Shown: positions 1 to 11,347 of the stretch, one piece after another | Position numbering within the stretch: position 1 is the stretch's first letter | Layout of the letters: every line of letters begins with the position of its first letter | Assembly (NCBI RefSeq): GCF_024521635.1 | Contig: NW_026250412.1 | Location: 434,001 to 498,000 of the forward strand | Reading direction: 5' to 3' | DNA length: 64,000 nucleotides | DNA from: Tricharina praecox | Lineage: Eukaryota | The notes under the pieces: model-generated | The model's input: only the letters and a program-made list of their open reading frames with translations | Databases searched by the model: none | Told to the model about the DNA's origin: nothing | Position numbers and translations under genes: made by a program

Positions 1-100
1 CTACACCTCCGCTCGTCATCCATACCACCTATCACGCCCACCCCACACACCCCTTCTCCATGCTAGTATCGCTACTTCCTCTACGACGACCCTCATCGCC

Positions 101-1668
101 ATGAATTCGATCAACATCCTTGCTCCTCGCCAAAGGGACGAACTGTCAGTCCTCCTCTTCTCTTCTGTTCGCCTCATTGTTCTTCCCCGCGCACACACGG
201 GTTTTTTTTAGCTAACGTGCCGCTTCACTCTCCGCCTGCACCCAAACACCAGACACAAAGCTATACTTGCATACCTCAACTCTAATGGGCTACCGAATAC
301 GTGCGCCGCGATGCGGGAAGAGCTCGGCGTCGGTGACGAGTTCCTGGACGACGGAAAGATGAAGAAGTACGAGGGGCTACTGGAGAAGAAGTGGACCTCG
401 GTCGTGCGTCTACAGAAGAAGGTGCGCCTCCAACTCCAACTACTGCGATCGCCACCACCGGCGGTACAGCGTAGAAGGGGTTCGGGAAGCTGATATGGCG
501 TTGTACCTGTTAGATCATGGAGCTAGAATCCCGGACATCATCCTTACAAAGCGAGCTCGACTCGACCACACCGACATCTCTGGCGCGCAAGAACGTGGAC
601 CCGACCGCGTGGCTCCCCCGAGCACCTCCGCGGCATAGTCTCGACGGTCACCGCAACCCAGTCACATCTGTAGCCTTCCATCCAGTGTTCTCGGTACTGG
701 CGTCTGGCGCCGAAGACTCGACCATTAAGATCTGGGATTGGGAGATGGGGGAACTGGAAAGAACAGTGAAGGGCCACACCAAGGCTGTTTTGGATGTTGA
801 CTTTGGGGGCCCTAAAGCTGGGGTGCTGCTGGCATCGTGCTCGAGCGATCTGACCATCAAACTGTGGGATCCAGCCAACGAGTATAAGAATATCCGCACG
901 CTCACCGGTCACGACCACAGTGTATCGGCGGTGCGGTTCATCCCTAGTGCGGCCGGAGAGTATCTGGTGTCTGCATCGAGGGATAAGACCCTGCGGATAT
1001 GGGGCGTAACCACGGGATACTGCGTAAAGACCATTCAAGGCCACGCCGACTGGGTTCGGGATGTCTCGCCGTCGTTTGATGGCCGGTGGTTGGTCTCCGT
1101 TGGAAACGATCAAAGCGCCAGATTATGGGATGCATCGACAGCGGAGCACAAGGCTACATTCATGGGCCACGAGCATGTGGTAGAATGCGGCGTGTTTGCG
1201 CCCCCAGCCGCATATCCCTACCTCGCCCAAATCGCCGGTCTAAAGAAACCTCCCCCAGCCACATCGTCGTCGGAATTCGTCGCCACAGGGTCGAGAGACA
1301 AGACAATCAGGCTATGGGATTCGCGGGGTACACTACTCAAAACTCTCACTGGTCACGACAACTGGGTTCGAGCACTAGTTTTCCATCCCGGCGGAAAGTA
1401 TCTACTTTCGGTGAGCGACGATAAGACGATACGGTGCTGGGATCTGACGCAGGACGGGCGATGCGTAAAGACGGTCACCGATGCTCACAACCACTTCATC
1501 AGTTGCATACGATGGGCACCGGCACCGGCAAAGGAACCGCCACAGGCCGCCAACGGCGGGACAAGGATCAATGGTACGCTGGGCAAAGACGCGGCGGCGA
1601 AGGTGAACGTTAGATGTGTGATTGCGACGGGAAGTGTGGATATGAGCGTTAGGGTATTTGCATCATGA
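101..1668 (+). CDS. PAC1: LIS1/NudF/Pac1 dynein regulator (LisH + WD40); exons 101-144, 253-421, 514-1668
   Basis: Spliced translation [23 protein letters not shown]...[26 protein letters not shown], followed by WD40 repeats (GHRNPVT, GHTKAV, GHDHSVS, GHDNWVR). GT-AG introns at 145-252 and 422-513. Confidence 0.95.
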
Positions 1669-2456
1669 TAAAGTTGCTGTTCATGCACTCTCTCCGCTCT
1701 ACTCATCTGTACTGGGGCTCTCTTTCTGGGTCTTGTCTGTTTTCGTGGACGTTGGAGCTGGATTTCTTCATTCAATCTTGTTTCGTGTCGGTGTAGTCGT
1801 AGGTCTTCATTTCCCCCCCCCCCTTTTTACTCTTTGCTTGTCTCCGTCTTGCTTGTCCATCCCGTGCTTTTGCTTTGCGTCCTACTCTGTGTTTTGCCGT
1901 TTCTTGCTTTCCATCACCTATAATCCTTATTCACAAAATTCTTCTACCTCCTTCGTTCGAGGGTTCGATCAAAGCTTCGTTCCCACTTCTTTCTTTCTTT
2001 TGTCTTGCTTCGGGAGTTTTCTGTTGGGGGTTCATTGGTTCGTTCTGCTTTTGTTTTGGATAGGATGGATGGAATGGAATGGATGGAACTGCTCGGCCGT
2101 GCTCATGTTATGGGAATGGAAATGGAAAGGGAAATAGATTATGATGGGTTTTTTGTCTTGTTTTGCTGGTGGCTGTTGTTGGATGTTTACACTATCAATC
2201 GATTCTCATGGCACATACGGATGGACAGACGCGTGCGGATATGTTGGATATGGGGGTATTCGTTCATAGTAGATATAGCGGAAGCAAGAAGCAGGAAACA
2301 TATGCAATAGCAATTACAGTCAAGTTGTGCACATCCGCCATCTCATCTAGCAGCAAGAGTAAAGAAAAAGCAACGCGCAACCAAACCAAGGAAACAGCTC
2401 CCATCATCCAGCATACACCTCTCTCTCTCTCTCCCCTCTCTCCCCCCTCCATGCGT

Positions 2457-2997
2457 CTACCCACTAGTCTTCGTATTCAAAATCAACCCGACGATCAGGC
2501 CATAGAGACCCAGCACCTCAGCAAAAATAAGGATCAGGACCATGCCGACGAACACCTTCGGCTGCAGCAGGAACGCGCGACTGCCCGCATTCCCCACCAC
2601 GCCAATAGCGTATCCAGCGGCGAGGCCCGCCAGTCCGACGCTGAGCCCCGCAGCCAGGTGTACCACCCCCGAGAACAAGCTGTAGCTGTTGTTGGGCCCC
2701 AGGTCTCCGGCGATGAGAACGGCAATGACGAGTCCGTACACTGCGATGATACCCGACATGATGACGGAGATCAGCGACTTCATGATCAGTTCGGGTGCGA
2801 ACGTGCCGATTCCTGCGATGGCGATGCCGGCCTTGGCCGTCCCGTACGCGGCCCCGAACGAGGAGAAGATCATTGCGGCGGCCCTGATGGTTGGTGGTGT
2901 TAGTACGGGTGAAACGGAAGGGGGTGGGTGATAATTACACGCCCGCGAGGCCAAAGAATGGCGCGTGGATTGGGTTCAGCTCTGTTATGTCTGACAT
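2457..2997 (-). CDS. VMA11: V-ATPase V0 proteolipid subunit c'; one intron (2938-2884)
   Basis: [39 protein letters not shown]...[14 protein letters not shown]...[17 protein letters not shown]: four hydrophobic helices with the TM4 Glu. The GIGTF/IMKSL signature fits c' better than c. Confidence 0.88.
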
Positions 2998-3293
2998 CTT
3001 AGCAGTGGCGATGGTGGTGGTGGTGATTGAGGTGAGGCGCGTTGAGGTGGTGAGAGGTATTGTGAGGTTGGGAGGTGACGTTGTACATGGACTAGGCTGA
3101 GGCTGGTGGCTTGGCGGTATGGCGGGTGAGATATTGTGATTGGGTTGGCCGGATCACTTCATTTCTCACGACGATCGATTTGTTCAGAACACTGGTTCCG
3201 TTTCATCCGGCAATACAGGTGGTTCGGTTCTATTATCGCCACCAACTGACAGACAGTCTTTACTTTAGATCAAGTACGCAACATGTTCCAAAT

Positions 3294-5276
3294 CTAAAAC
3301 TCATCCTCTCCACTGCCCGATATGATTACGTTGTTGACCTTCAACACCATTCTACACAGCTGCGTAGCGAGTAGCAGCTGTTGACGCTTTCCGATCAGCG
3401 GGTCGATGACGAACGCTTCTCTCATGTCGTTCTGCCCAGTGCCCATGCAGTCCACTCCCAACCGGGTGTTCTTTTCCCGTACTTGGCGAGACTTGATGTA
3501 TGCTAGCGTCTCAATAGGCGAAAGACCAGAGTTCTCGGCGAGGGCCATGGGGATGTTGTCAAGAGCGGTGGAGAATGCCCGCATGGCGTATTGCTCGATA
3601 CCGGGGGTCTAAATGCGAGGTTAGCATGTCAACCCTTCTCCAGAAGGTGAACGTGTATAGAACTGACCTTGTCAGCGGCGTCGGAGACGGCAACGGAGCA
3701 AGCAATCTCGGCAGCTCCTCCACCGTATACGACACGGTTGTCCTTGACGAGGTTTCGTACGACGCAGAGAGCATCGTGGAGAGCTCGCTTCGCCTCATCG
3801 ACAATCATCTTGTTGGATCCGCGGACAAACGCGGTCACGGCTCTGGTGTTGGCACACTCCTCGATCACCAACATGCGGTCTCTTGTGGTTCCGAAAGACA
3901 GCTCCCTCACGAGACCAGCATGACCGAGCTTCTCGGCGGACAGATCCTCGAACCGGGGAACAATTCTTCCGTTGGTAGCGATAGCGATCAGCTCGATCTC
4001 AGGACCTCCGACCCACCGCACGGCAGGAAGCTTGTTCGTCAACAAAAGATGGTTCGCTTCGTCATCGAAACCCCACTGACAGATAACCAGGTTGGCACCG
4101 GTATCTTTGATCTGCTTGATCATCTCCTCGAATTTACCCTTCTCGTAGTTCTGGAGACGCTTGAACTCTTCAACGCTGGTGATGTCCAGCTTGTGTTTGG
4201 TCTTGGGCTTCGGGGGCTCAAACGCACATGTGAGGATAGCGATCTTTGCGTCCCGGACAATACGCGGCATCTGGGGGTGCGACATGTCCTTGTCGATGAT
4301 GACACCCTTGACAAGCAGCGAGTCCTCCAGCGAACCTCCGACCTTTCCGTCAACCTTGATGAGCTCGAAATCGACATCTTTTCGCTCGAGGTCGGCAACT
4401 GACAGGACGGCGTCGACAGCGATTTGGGTGAACTTGTCATGGGCCTTCGAGACACTGCGGGATAGACTATCAGCAACTAAACTAGCCACCTTGCTTCTGG
4501 AGGTGTAATGTGGCTCACATTTTGCTTCCGAGGGAAGTCTTTGCGCACTTCAGCAGATTCTCGGTGTTGTCCTTCGTAAATTCTATTGTCTCGGCAATCG
4601 CATCCAGTGTCTCCACCGCAACCTCGCAAGCAGCGTCGAAACCGTCCGCAATTCTGATGGGATGGATTCCCTTATCGATCAGGTCGCTCGCAGCCTCCAG
4701 AAGGGCACCCGCCAAAACAACAACACCGGTAGTTCCATCTCCGATCTCATCATCCTGGGAGGTTGAGAGCTCGACCAACAGTTTGGCGACGTGGTGCTCG
4801 ATTTCCATCTAATATTGTCCCAAAATCAACATCCGCGTGTGTGGGAGAGCTTCGAGGTAAATTGACAAATCCGTACCTGACTCAAGATGGTTGCTCCATC
4901 GTTCGTCACCGTAATGTCGCCATCGGGAGAGATGAGGATTTTGTCGAGGCCACGGGGTCCCTTGAGAGATAGATGTCAGCATAATCCCGAGCCCCTCATC
5001 CATCCCACCCCCCACCACCCCCGGAGCTGAAGCATACCAGTGATGATTTGACGATGTTCGCAACGGTCTTTGCTGCCAGGATATGCGACTTGATGGCTTC
5101 GGTACCGTGTTGCCGTTTCTTCTTGCCCTGACTGCAGTTACAATGCTTGTATTAGCTAGTCGTCACCTTTGAAGTTTGATGCCCAAAGCAGCTACTTACT
5201 CTTTCACAATGATGAATGGCCGTCCATTCTCATCCCGGACCATCTGAGCATTGCTCATATCAAGCTGCATAGACAT
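3294..5276 (-). CDS. CCT5: Chaperonin CCT/TRiC subunit epsilon (multi-exon)
   Basis: Starts [26 protein letters not shown]. Contains [27 protein letters not shown] and [16 protein letters not shown]. Ends [19 protein letters not shown]. Confidence 0.95.
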
Positions 5277-5612
5277 GGCGAAAGGAGACTTATGTAAAGA
5301 TCCCTCCTAGAAAATGGTGGTGGGGGGTTTGGTGGGAAAAGTGGGAGAGTCGAGATAGACTGATGGAATGCACCAAACTGACTGACGCCTCCAAAATAAT
5401 GGAGGGAAGCGGGCAAGCAACTCTTTCGAAAATTAGAATAATGTCTTGGCGCCACTTAATCGGGATAAAGTATTGGAGACCAGAGCAGAGGTGTCGCGTT
5501 GCTTTTCCAACTTCACACAACGCGCCGCGCCACACTTCAACCCCGAACCTGACCCCAATCAACCCACAGGCAACAGGCCCACCAAAAACAGTACATACGG
5601 AAAGCAGGCATC

Positions 5613-7535
5613 ATGGCAGGAGATTACGAAAACTTCGAGGGTATCTATATGGATCTCTCACGACAGCCCGGAAGGTGTCGTTTCAACGCCAGCGGGATGG
5701 GATGGAGACCTGTCGACGGCGAGATGCGGATGCTCGTCAACTCAGAGATTGCTTCTGCACAGTGGTCACGAGCAGCGAAAGGCTACGAAGTGAAGATCAT
5801 CACCCGGACCATGGGAATTGTGCAGTTGGACGGTTTTGAGCAGGATGTGTGTATTACGTTACTTCGCCGGCCGGGCGTGGTCGATTGCCATGTTGATTAC
5901 TGATGATTGCTTCCGTGAAATACAGGATTTCGACCGCGTTAAGGCCGCTCTCAAATCTTACTACAAGGTCAATCTCGAGCACCGCGAGCACGCTCTAAAG
6001 GGATGGAACTGGGGAAAGGCCGAGTTCTCTAAGCAAGAACTTCACTTCAACGTCGCCAACAAGCCCGCGTTCGAGATTCCGTTCTCGGAGGTCTCCAACT
6101 CTAACCTTGCTGGTAAGAACGAGATTGCGGTCGAGTTCGCCACAACTGAGAATTTGGTGGGCGGTCGCACGAAGAAGAACACTGCTGCTGTGGACCAGCT
6201 CGTTGAGATGCGATTCTACGTTCCCGGCACTGCCAAGAGGGGTGAGGGTGAAGACGGTGCTAGTGACGCTGAAGGAGAGGATATGAGTGCTGCTACGCTG
6301 TTCTACGATACCCTCAAGGAGAAGGCGGATATTGGAGAGATTGCTGGAGATACCTTTGCAACATTCTTGGATATTCTCTTCCTTACGCCGAGGTATTTTC
6401 TGTTCATTCTGTTTTGTCTAGGAGCTGGGACTAAACAATGCTTTCAGAGGTCGCTACGATATCGACATGTACGAGTCATCCTTCCGTCTGCGTGGTAAGA
6501 CGTATGACTACAAGATTCAATTCGAGAACGTCAAGAAATTTTTCTTGCTTCAGAAGCCCGACGAAGTCCACAGCTTGATCGTGATCGGACTCGAACCGCC
6601 GTTGAGACAGGGCCAGACCAAGTACCCGTTCTTGGTGATGCAGTTCAAGAAGGAAGAGGATATGGACTTCGACCTGAACATAGCTCCAGAAACCCTGAAA
6701 GAGAAGTACGGCGACCGGCTACAGATGCACTACGAGAACCCCGCGTACCGAGTCGTCTCAGATATCTTCAAGGGCCTGACCGGCAAGAGGATTACGATTC
6801 CTTCCAAGGACTTCGTTAGCCATCATCAGCAATCGGGGGTTAAGTGCTCCCTCAAAGCCAATGAAGGGCACCTCTTCTTCCTGGACAAGGCGTTCTTGTT
6901 TGTCCCGAAGCCAGCTAAATTTGTGCCTTTCGAGCGTGTCTCGCACGTTACTCTCTCGCGGTAGGGACCTCTATTATTCCACCACTTTTGTAATTTGCTA
7001 GCTAACATCACGGCAGTGTCGGTGGATCAGTGTCGGCTAGTAGGACATTTGATGTAACCGTCACCATGAAGGGTGGTGAAGGAGAGTACCAGTTTAACAA
7101 CATCAATCGGTGATTCCAACAACTATTACCAATCCTAAGGCCACCAGCTAATATGTTCACAGCGAGGAGCAACCATCGCTTGAGGAGTTTTTCAAAATCA
7201 AGAACCTGAAAATCAAAAACGATTTGGTCGACGATGCTAGTGCCCTCCTCGCCTCTGCCCTCGACGATGACGATATGGACGATGAAGACGTTGCTGCGGC
7301 TCGGGCTGATCGTGGATCCGCGGACGAAGATGAGGAATCCGTCGATGAGGATTTCCAGGCCGATTCAGAATCCGATGTGGCCGAGGAATATGATTCTGCC
7401 CACGAGAGCAGTGGATCAGACGGTAGTGAGGCGGGCGGCGACGCTGGCGGCAATGACGACGACGATGAGGACATGCAAGACGCACCTGTTGTCACAGAGC
7501 AGCCGGCGAAGAAGAAGGTCAAGACGAAGAAATGA
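5613..7535 (+). CDS. POB3: FACT complex subunit Pob3/SSRP1 (5 exons)
   Basis: HALKGWNWGK, LTPR|GRYDIDMY, FRLRGKTYDYKI, PPLRQGQTKYP and VKCSLKANEG motifs. Acidic C-terminal tail ends in a basic NLS-like PAKKKVKTKK. Four GT-AG introns. Confidence 0.95.
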
Positions 7536-9162
7536 ATCTAGGTGTATGTCACTGACGACGTAATGATCTTGTCTCGGCTGAGAGCTTTGCATTTGCTTTT
7601 TTGAAAACGGGGTACCTGCTGTTACCTTGGCGCTGTTTTGTACACTACACATCGGATTTGTCGCTGTGAAAAGGATGAATGTCTAATGAGCTTGGATTTG
7701 TGGGTTTACGTTCAAACTTGTGACTCTGTAGTGCACACAGCAGATCTGATTGATGTTCACTGTAACGGTATTCAGCCAGCCAAGTACCGAGATTCCCACC
7801 ACCACGATGCCGATTCTCTTCTACCGACCTACACAGTGCAATCGACCGCCGCAAATTGACTGCAGTTTTCATTATCTTCATATCCCCGCCACGCTGAATC
7901 TACAGGTAAATGCGGCATGAATATCATTGATACAGCTCGCACAAATCGACGCAAGGTATTCTGGACGATAACTTTGCGGCATATAGTAACGTTACGGTTA
8001 CATGCTACATGTAACATGACCGCCCAGCACTTGTGTCCATGTATTGCGCCGTCTTTGAAGGCAATTCAGCTGTGTTGGTTTAGTGCAGCCTTGGGAACCA
8101 ACGGACGGTGTCGGGAACAGAAAGCCTATGATGGACGGTGGGGAGGGTCGTTGCTAGATGAAGCTGAATGGAAAGTCAGACATGTGTGCGAGGTTGTTTC
8201 GATTCCCCGGATTCCAACAACCACTGTCACTCAATCGCTCGCTCGCAACGAGGGACAAATCCAACTACATAGTTAGGCGTGGTAACGCCCGCTCGATCGG
8301 TACTCGGGAGCGGTATATCCTCAAACTATGTTGATCTGCCGCTCCGTTTGTCCTGTTGTGCGAGACACAATAAATACCGACATTGGAGCGCCTATAAACC
8401 GGTGCGGGATGAAGCAGTATGCGCAGGCACGGCTTTGTTAGAGTGAGACCCGACAATGGGTTTTGCAAGGTAAACCACTGTACGACTTCCTCCACCTAGA
8501 GTAGTCTTATACTCGATATCACGGACCGGCGTAGCTCCCATTTTTCGGACGTTGGGCCTGTCTTCTCCCCAGATATGCTGCCACCCGCGGGTTGACAGGG
8601 TTAGCTAAATCAAAAGCCAACATCACAACTGTGTTGGTCCGAAATTGCCCAGAGAATTGTATATCAGGTGTCCAAGAGTTCAGCTCCGCGATGGAGGTTG
8701 TGGAAGTGCGGTAGGTACTGTAAACGAGTGATGCTCTGGCGAAGCCGGTCATCTAATGCGGAATGATACACAACGATGGAAACCGATTAAGCCGTTTACG
8801 TACGCCAAATCGACTTCCGGCCGCTCGGGACCCTGCATGAACAGTACACCTGCGGGTCTGACTGGCTAAAGCCGTGTGAGCTGAATTGCCAACGGATGGC
8901 GCAGGCTGGTGATATCGCCGCCCGCGTTGGGCTTCTCGTTGACCGAGGCAGAAAATTCGAGCAGAACTCGAGTCTCAACGTTCCCAAGAGGAATTGCCAG
9001 CTTCTCGTTTCTAGAGGGCTTCAGTGCTCAGGAAATTGTATATAATGGGGGCTTTCCGGAGGGTTTTCATGCTCATAATCCAGCAAGATCTCACCGAACA
9101 TCCTCTTCCACCACAAACAGCAACAAATTCGCTTTACCGTGCTCTCTTCTTCTTATTCCACA

Positions 9163-10330
9163 ATGCTCGTGTTCACTATCCTATTCTCCGTGCTCCCCGC
9201 GGTCCTTGCCATGACTCAGGTTGAGGCCGACAAGTGGTGCCAGGACCAGAGGGGCGCCGGCTTCAAGGCCGAGCTTGATGCTGCTGGAAACCCCGTCAAA
9301 TGCGTGACTTCGAGCGCCTCGTGCTTCGGAAACGAGTATAAGGATCCAGTGGACAACCAGACGAAGTGCTGTCCTGTCTTCCCCGTCAATTCGGCCTACT
9401 CCTTTGACGCTGTCAGCAAGGTTCGAGACAATACCTTGCCTTTTTGCTTTCGATGGTGGGCTAACTGATTGGTTATAGACCGGTGCTTGCTGCCCCAGTG
9501 ATACGAAGTGGTCCTACGACACCGTCTCGAAGGTTTGTGGCAATCCACTCTTCTACTCGCCATTCGGAAGCTGATAGATGTTTCCCCAGACCGGAGGCTG
9601 CTGCGCAACTATCGGGCACTCGTGGAAGGTCGATCCCGCCTCCGGAAAAGGAAGCTGCTGCACCGATGACAAGATCTTCAATGGATCCCAGTGCGTTGTT
9701 CCCAAGGGGCCCGATCCTCTGCCCGGGCCATGCCCCTCCCACTGCGGTACCTCTGGTGGTCCAAAGGTTGCTTTCTGTCACGGAAAGGTTGCATGTCCCA
9801 CCGAGACCGATCTCGGCATCGAATTCGGGAAGTGTTACGTCCTCTCCTTCCCCGATGGAAAGCAACTCGGCCGTCAACTCAACCGTGCCTACGAGAAGAA
9901 CGGCCGTTACCAGGACATTCCCTTCAAGGTTTGTAGCTCGAAATTCGACTGCAAGGTTACCGGTCCCGTCAAGTTTGCGGACGACTTCTCGCTCCAAGAT
10001 CAGCTCGGTATCCCGGAGGATGCCACTGGCGCGAAGGGTTGGATCAACAACTATGCCGGTGGGAACCACAAGATTTACACTGCAGACAAGGCTACCGCGG
10101 CTACTTTCAGGGGTTAGTCATCGAGTCCACTGCTTCCCCCCTCTGATATATAGTATTGACTCCTCGAAGGTCGTCCTGGCTGCATCGGAGATGGCTGCTC
10201 CATCTGTATCAACACCGACCCGAAGGGACTTGCGATTGCTTGCCCCGACACCGTTCCCGGCCTGACCTCGATTGGTAATCCCAACTACTGCCAGAGGCTC
10301 ATCTTCGAGCAGGTTGCTTGTCTCGACTGA
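9163..10330 (+). CDS. Secreted cysteine-rich protein (~331 aa, ~25 Cys); exons 9163-9420, 9479-9532, 9590-10112, 10170-10330
   Basis: Hydrophobic signal-like N-terminus MLVFTILFSVLPAVLA. Three GT-AG introns with branch sites join into one open frame ending QRLIFEQVACLD*. Repeated G-x-CC units in the N-terminal half. Confidence 0.85.
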
Positions 10331-11347
10331 GAATCTCTCAGCAGTGGACACGTGTGGACGGTGTGAATCTCAAGCTGCCTGTAGCCTATGGGTATATTTT
10401 ATTTGTCATGTTTTTGCTTTCTATTACTGCACGCTCCTTTCGTTGAAAGTTTGTACCAGGAAACATCTGTTTGTATTGAATTGGAAAAGTAGGCATTGGG
10501 CCGGGCATATCTTTGTCCAACACCAAGTGACCGCTGTGATTGAAGCTGTGCGTTCGTCCGACCACGATCAAGATACCATTAAGCGAGACACCCCTCTGGA
10601 TCGATCTTCCGTCGATAAATATAAAGGCGATTCCCCCACCATCTACATCATACAGTAGAGTACCTCCCGGCTATATCAACGTCAGGTAAGGAAGTACTCG
10701 TACATAGACCAAGCCACATACGAAGGTTGCCGCTGGCTGCTGTTGACGCGCCGAATTGAAAAAAGCCGTGGCTGGTCGTCGCTGTGGATACCGCCTGTTG
10801 ACGCCCACTCACCAATCACAACCCATACCGCCCCCCTCTGAGCTGTCCAATAAACCGACGTAACACTACATCTAGTCAAGGTGCTGCGCGGCATCACACC
10901 TTTTTTGAGAAGGCGGCGGAGAATTGCAGAGGTTGGAGACAAAAGTCCAGGCAAAGACACACAAGTGAGGTGTTCTGACTACCAGCCTCTCCACCACTCA
11001 CCAAAACAAACCCCTGCCAGACCCCCCCATATCCCACCTTCGCCCTCCTCTGCTTCCTTTTCCTCCTGTTCATACTCTTGTTTCGTCCAAACCCCCTCGA
11101 CCCCCCTTCCCCCATTGCGTCGAATTCCCGGCTCGGTCATTCGGCATTCGAAGCCAGGGCAGCGAACGAACGAACGGAAGCTATCGTGCAGTTCCCATCG
11201 AGCTATCCGCGCGCTCGGACAGCATCACAACAAAAACAAAACCACTGTCCGTCACTCGCGACACTTCCTCTGCGAGGAAGCGGTTCGGGACAAGCTTCTC
11301 TTCATCGCGCCAATTGGTGAAGAGCAAGAGCAACAACTGTCGTCACA

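Noticed and set aside
1658-2310. Hydrophobic F/L/C-rich ORFs after PAC1 (similar ones at 21336-21981 and 58861-59381)
   Set aside because: They are translations of T-rich 3' UTR or terminator sequence.
7986-8015. Palindromes GTAACGTTAC and GTTACATG-CTA-CATGTAAC
   Set aside because: Short and isolated; compatible with chance or an unassignable transcription-factor site.
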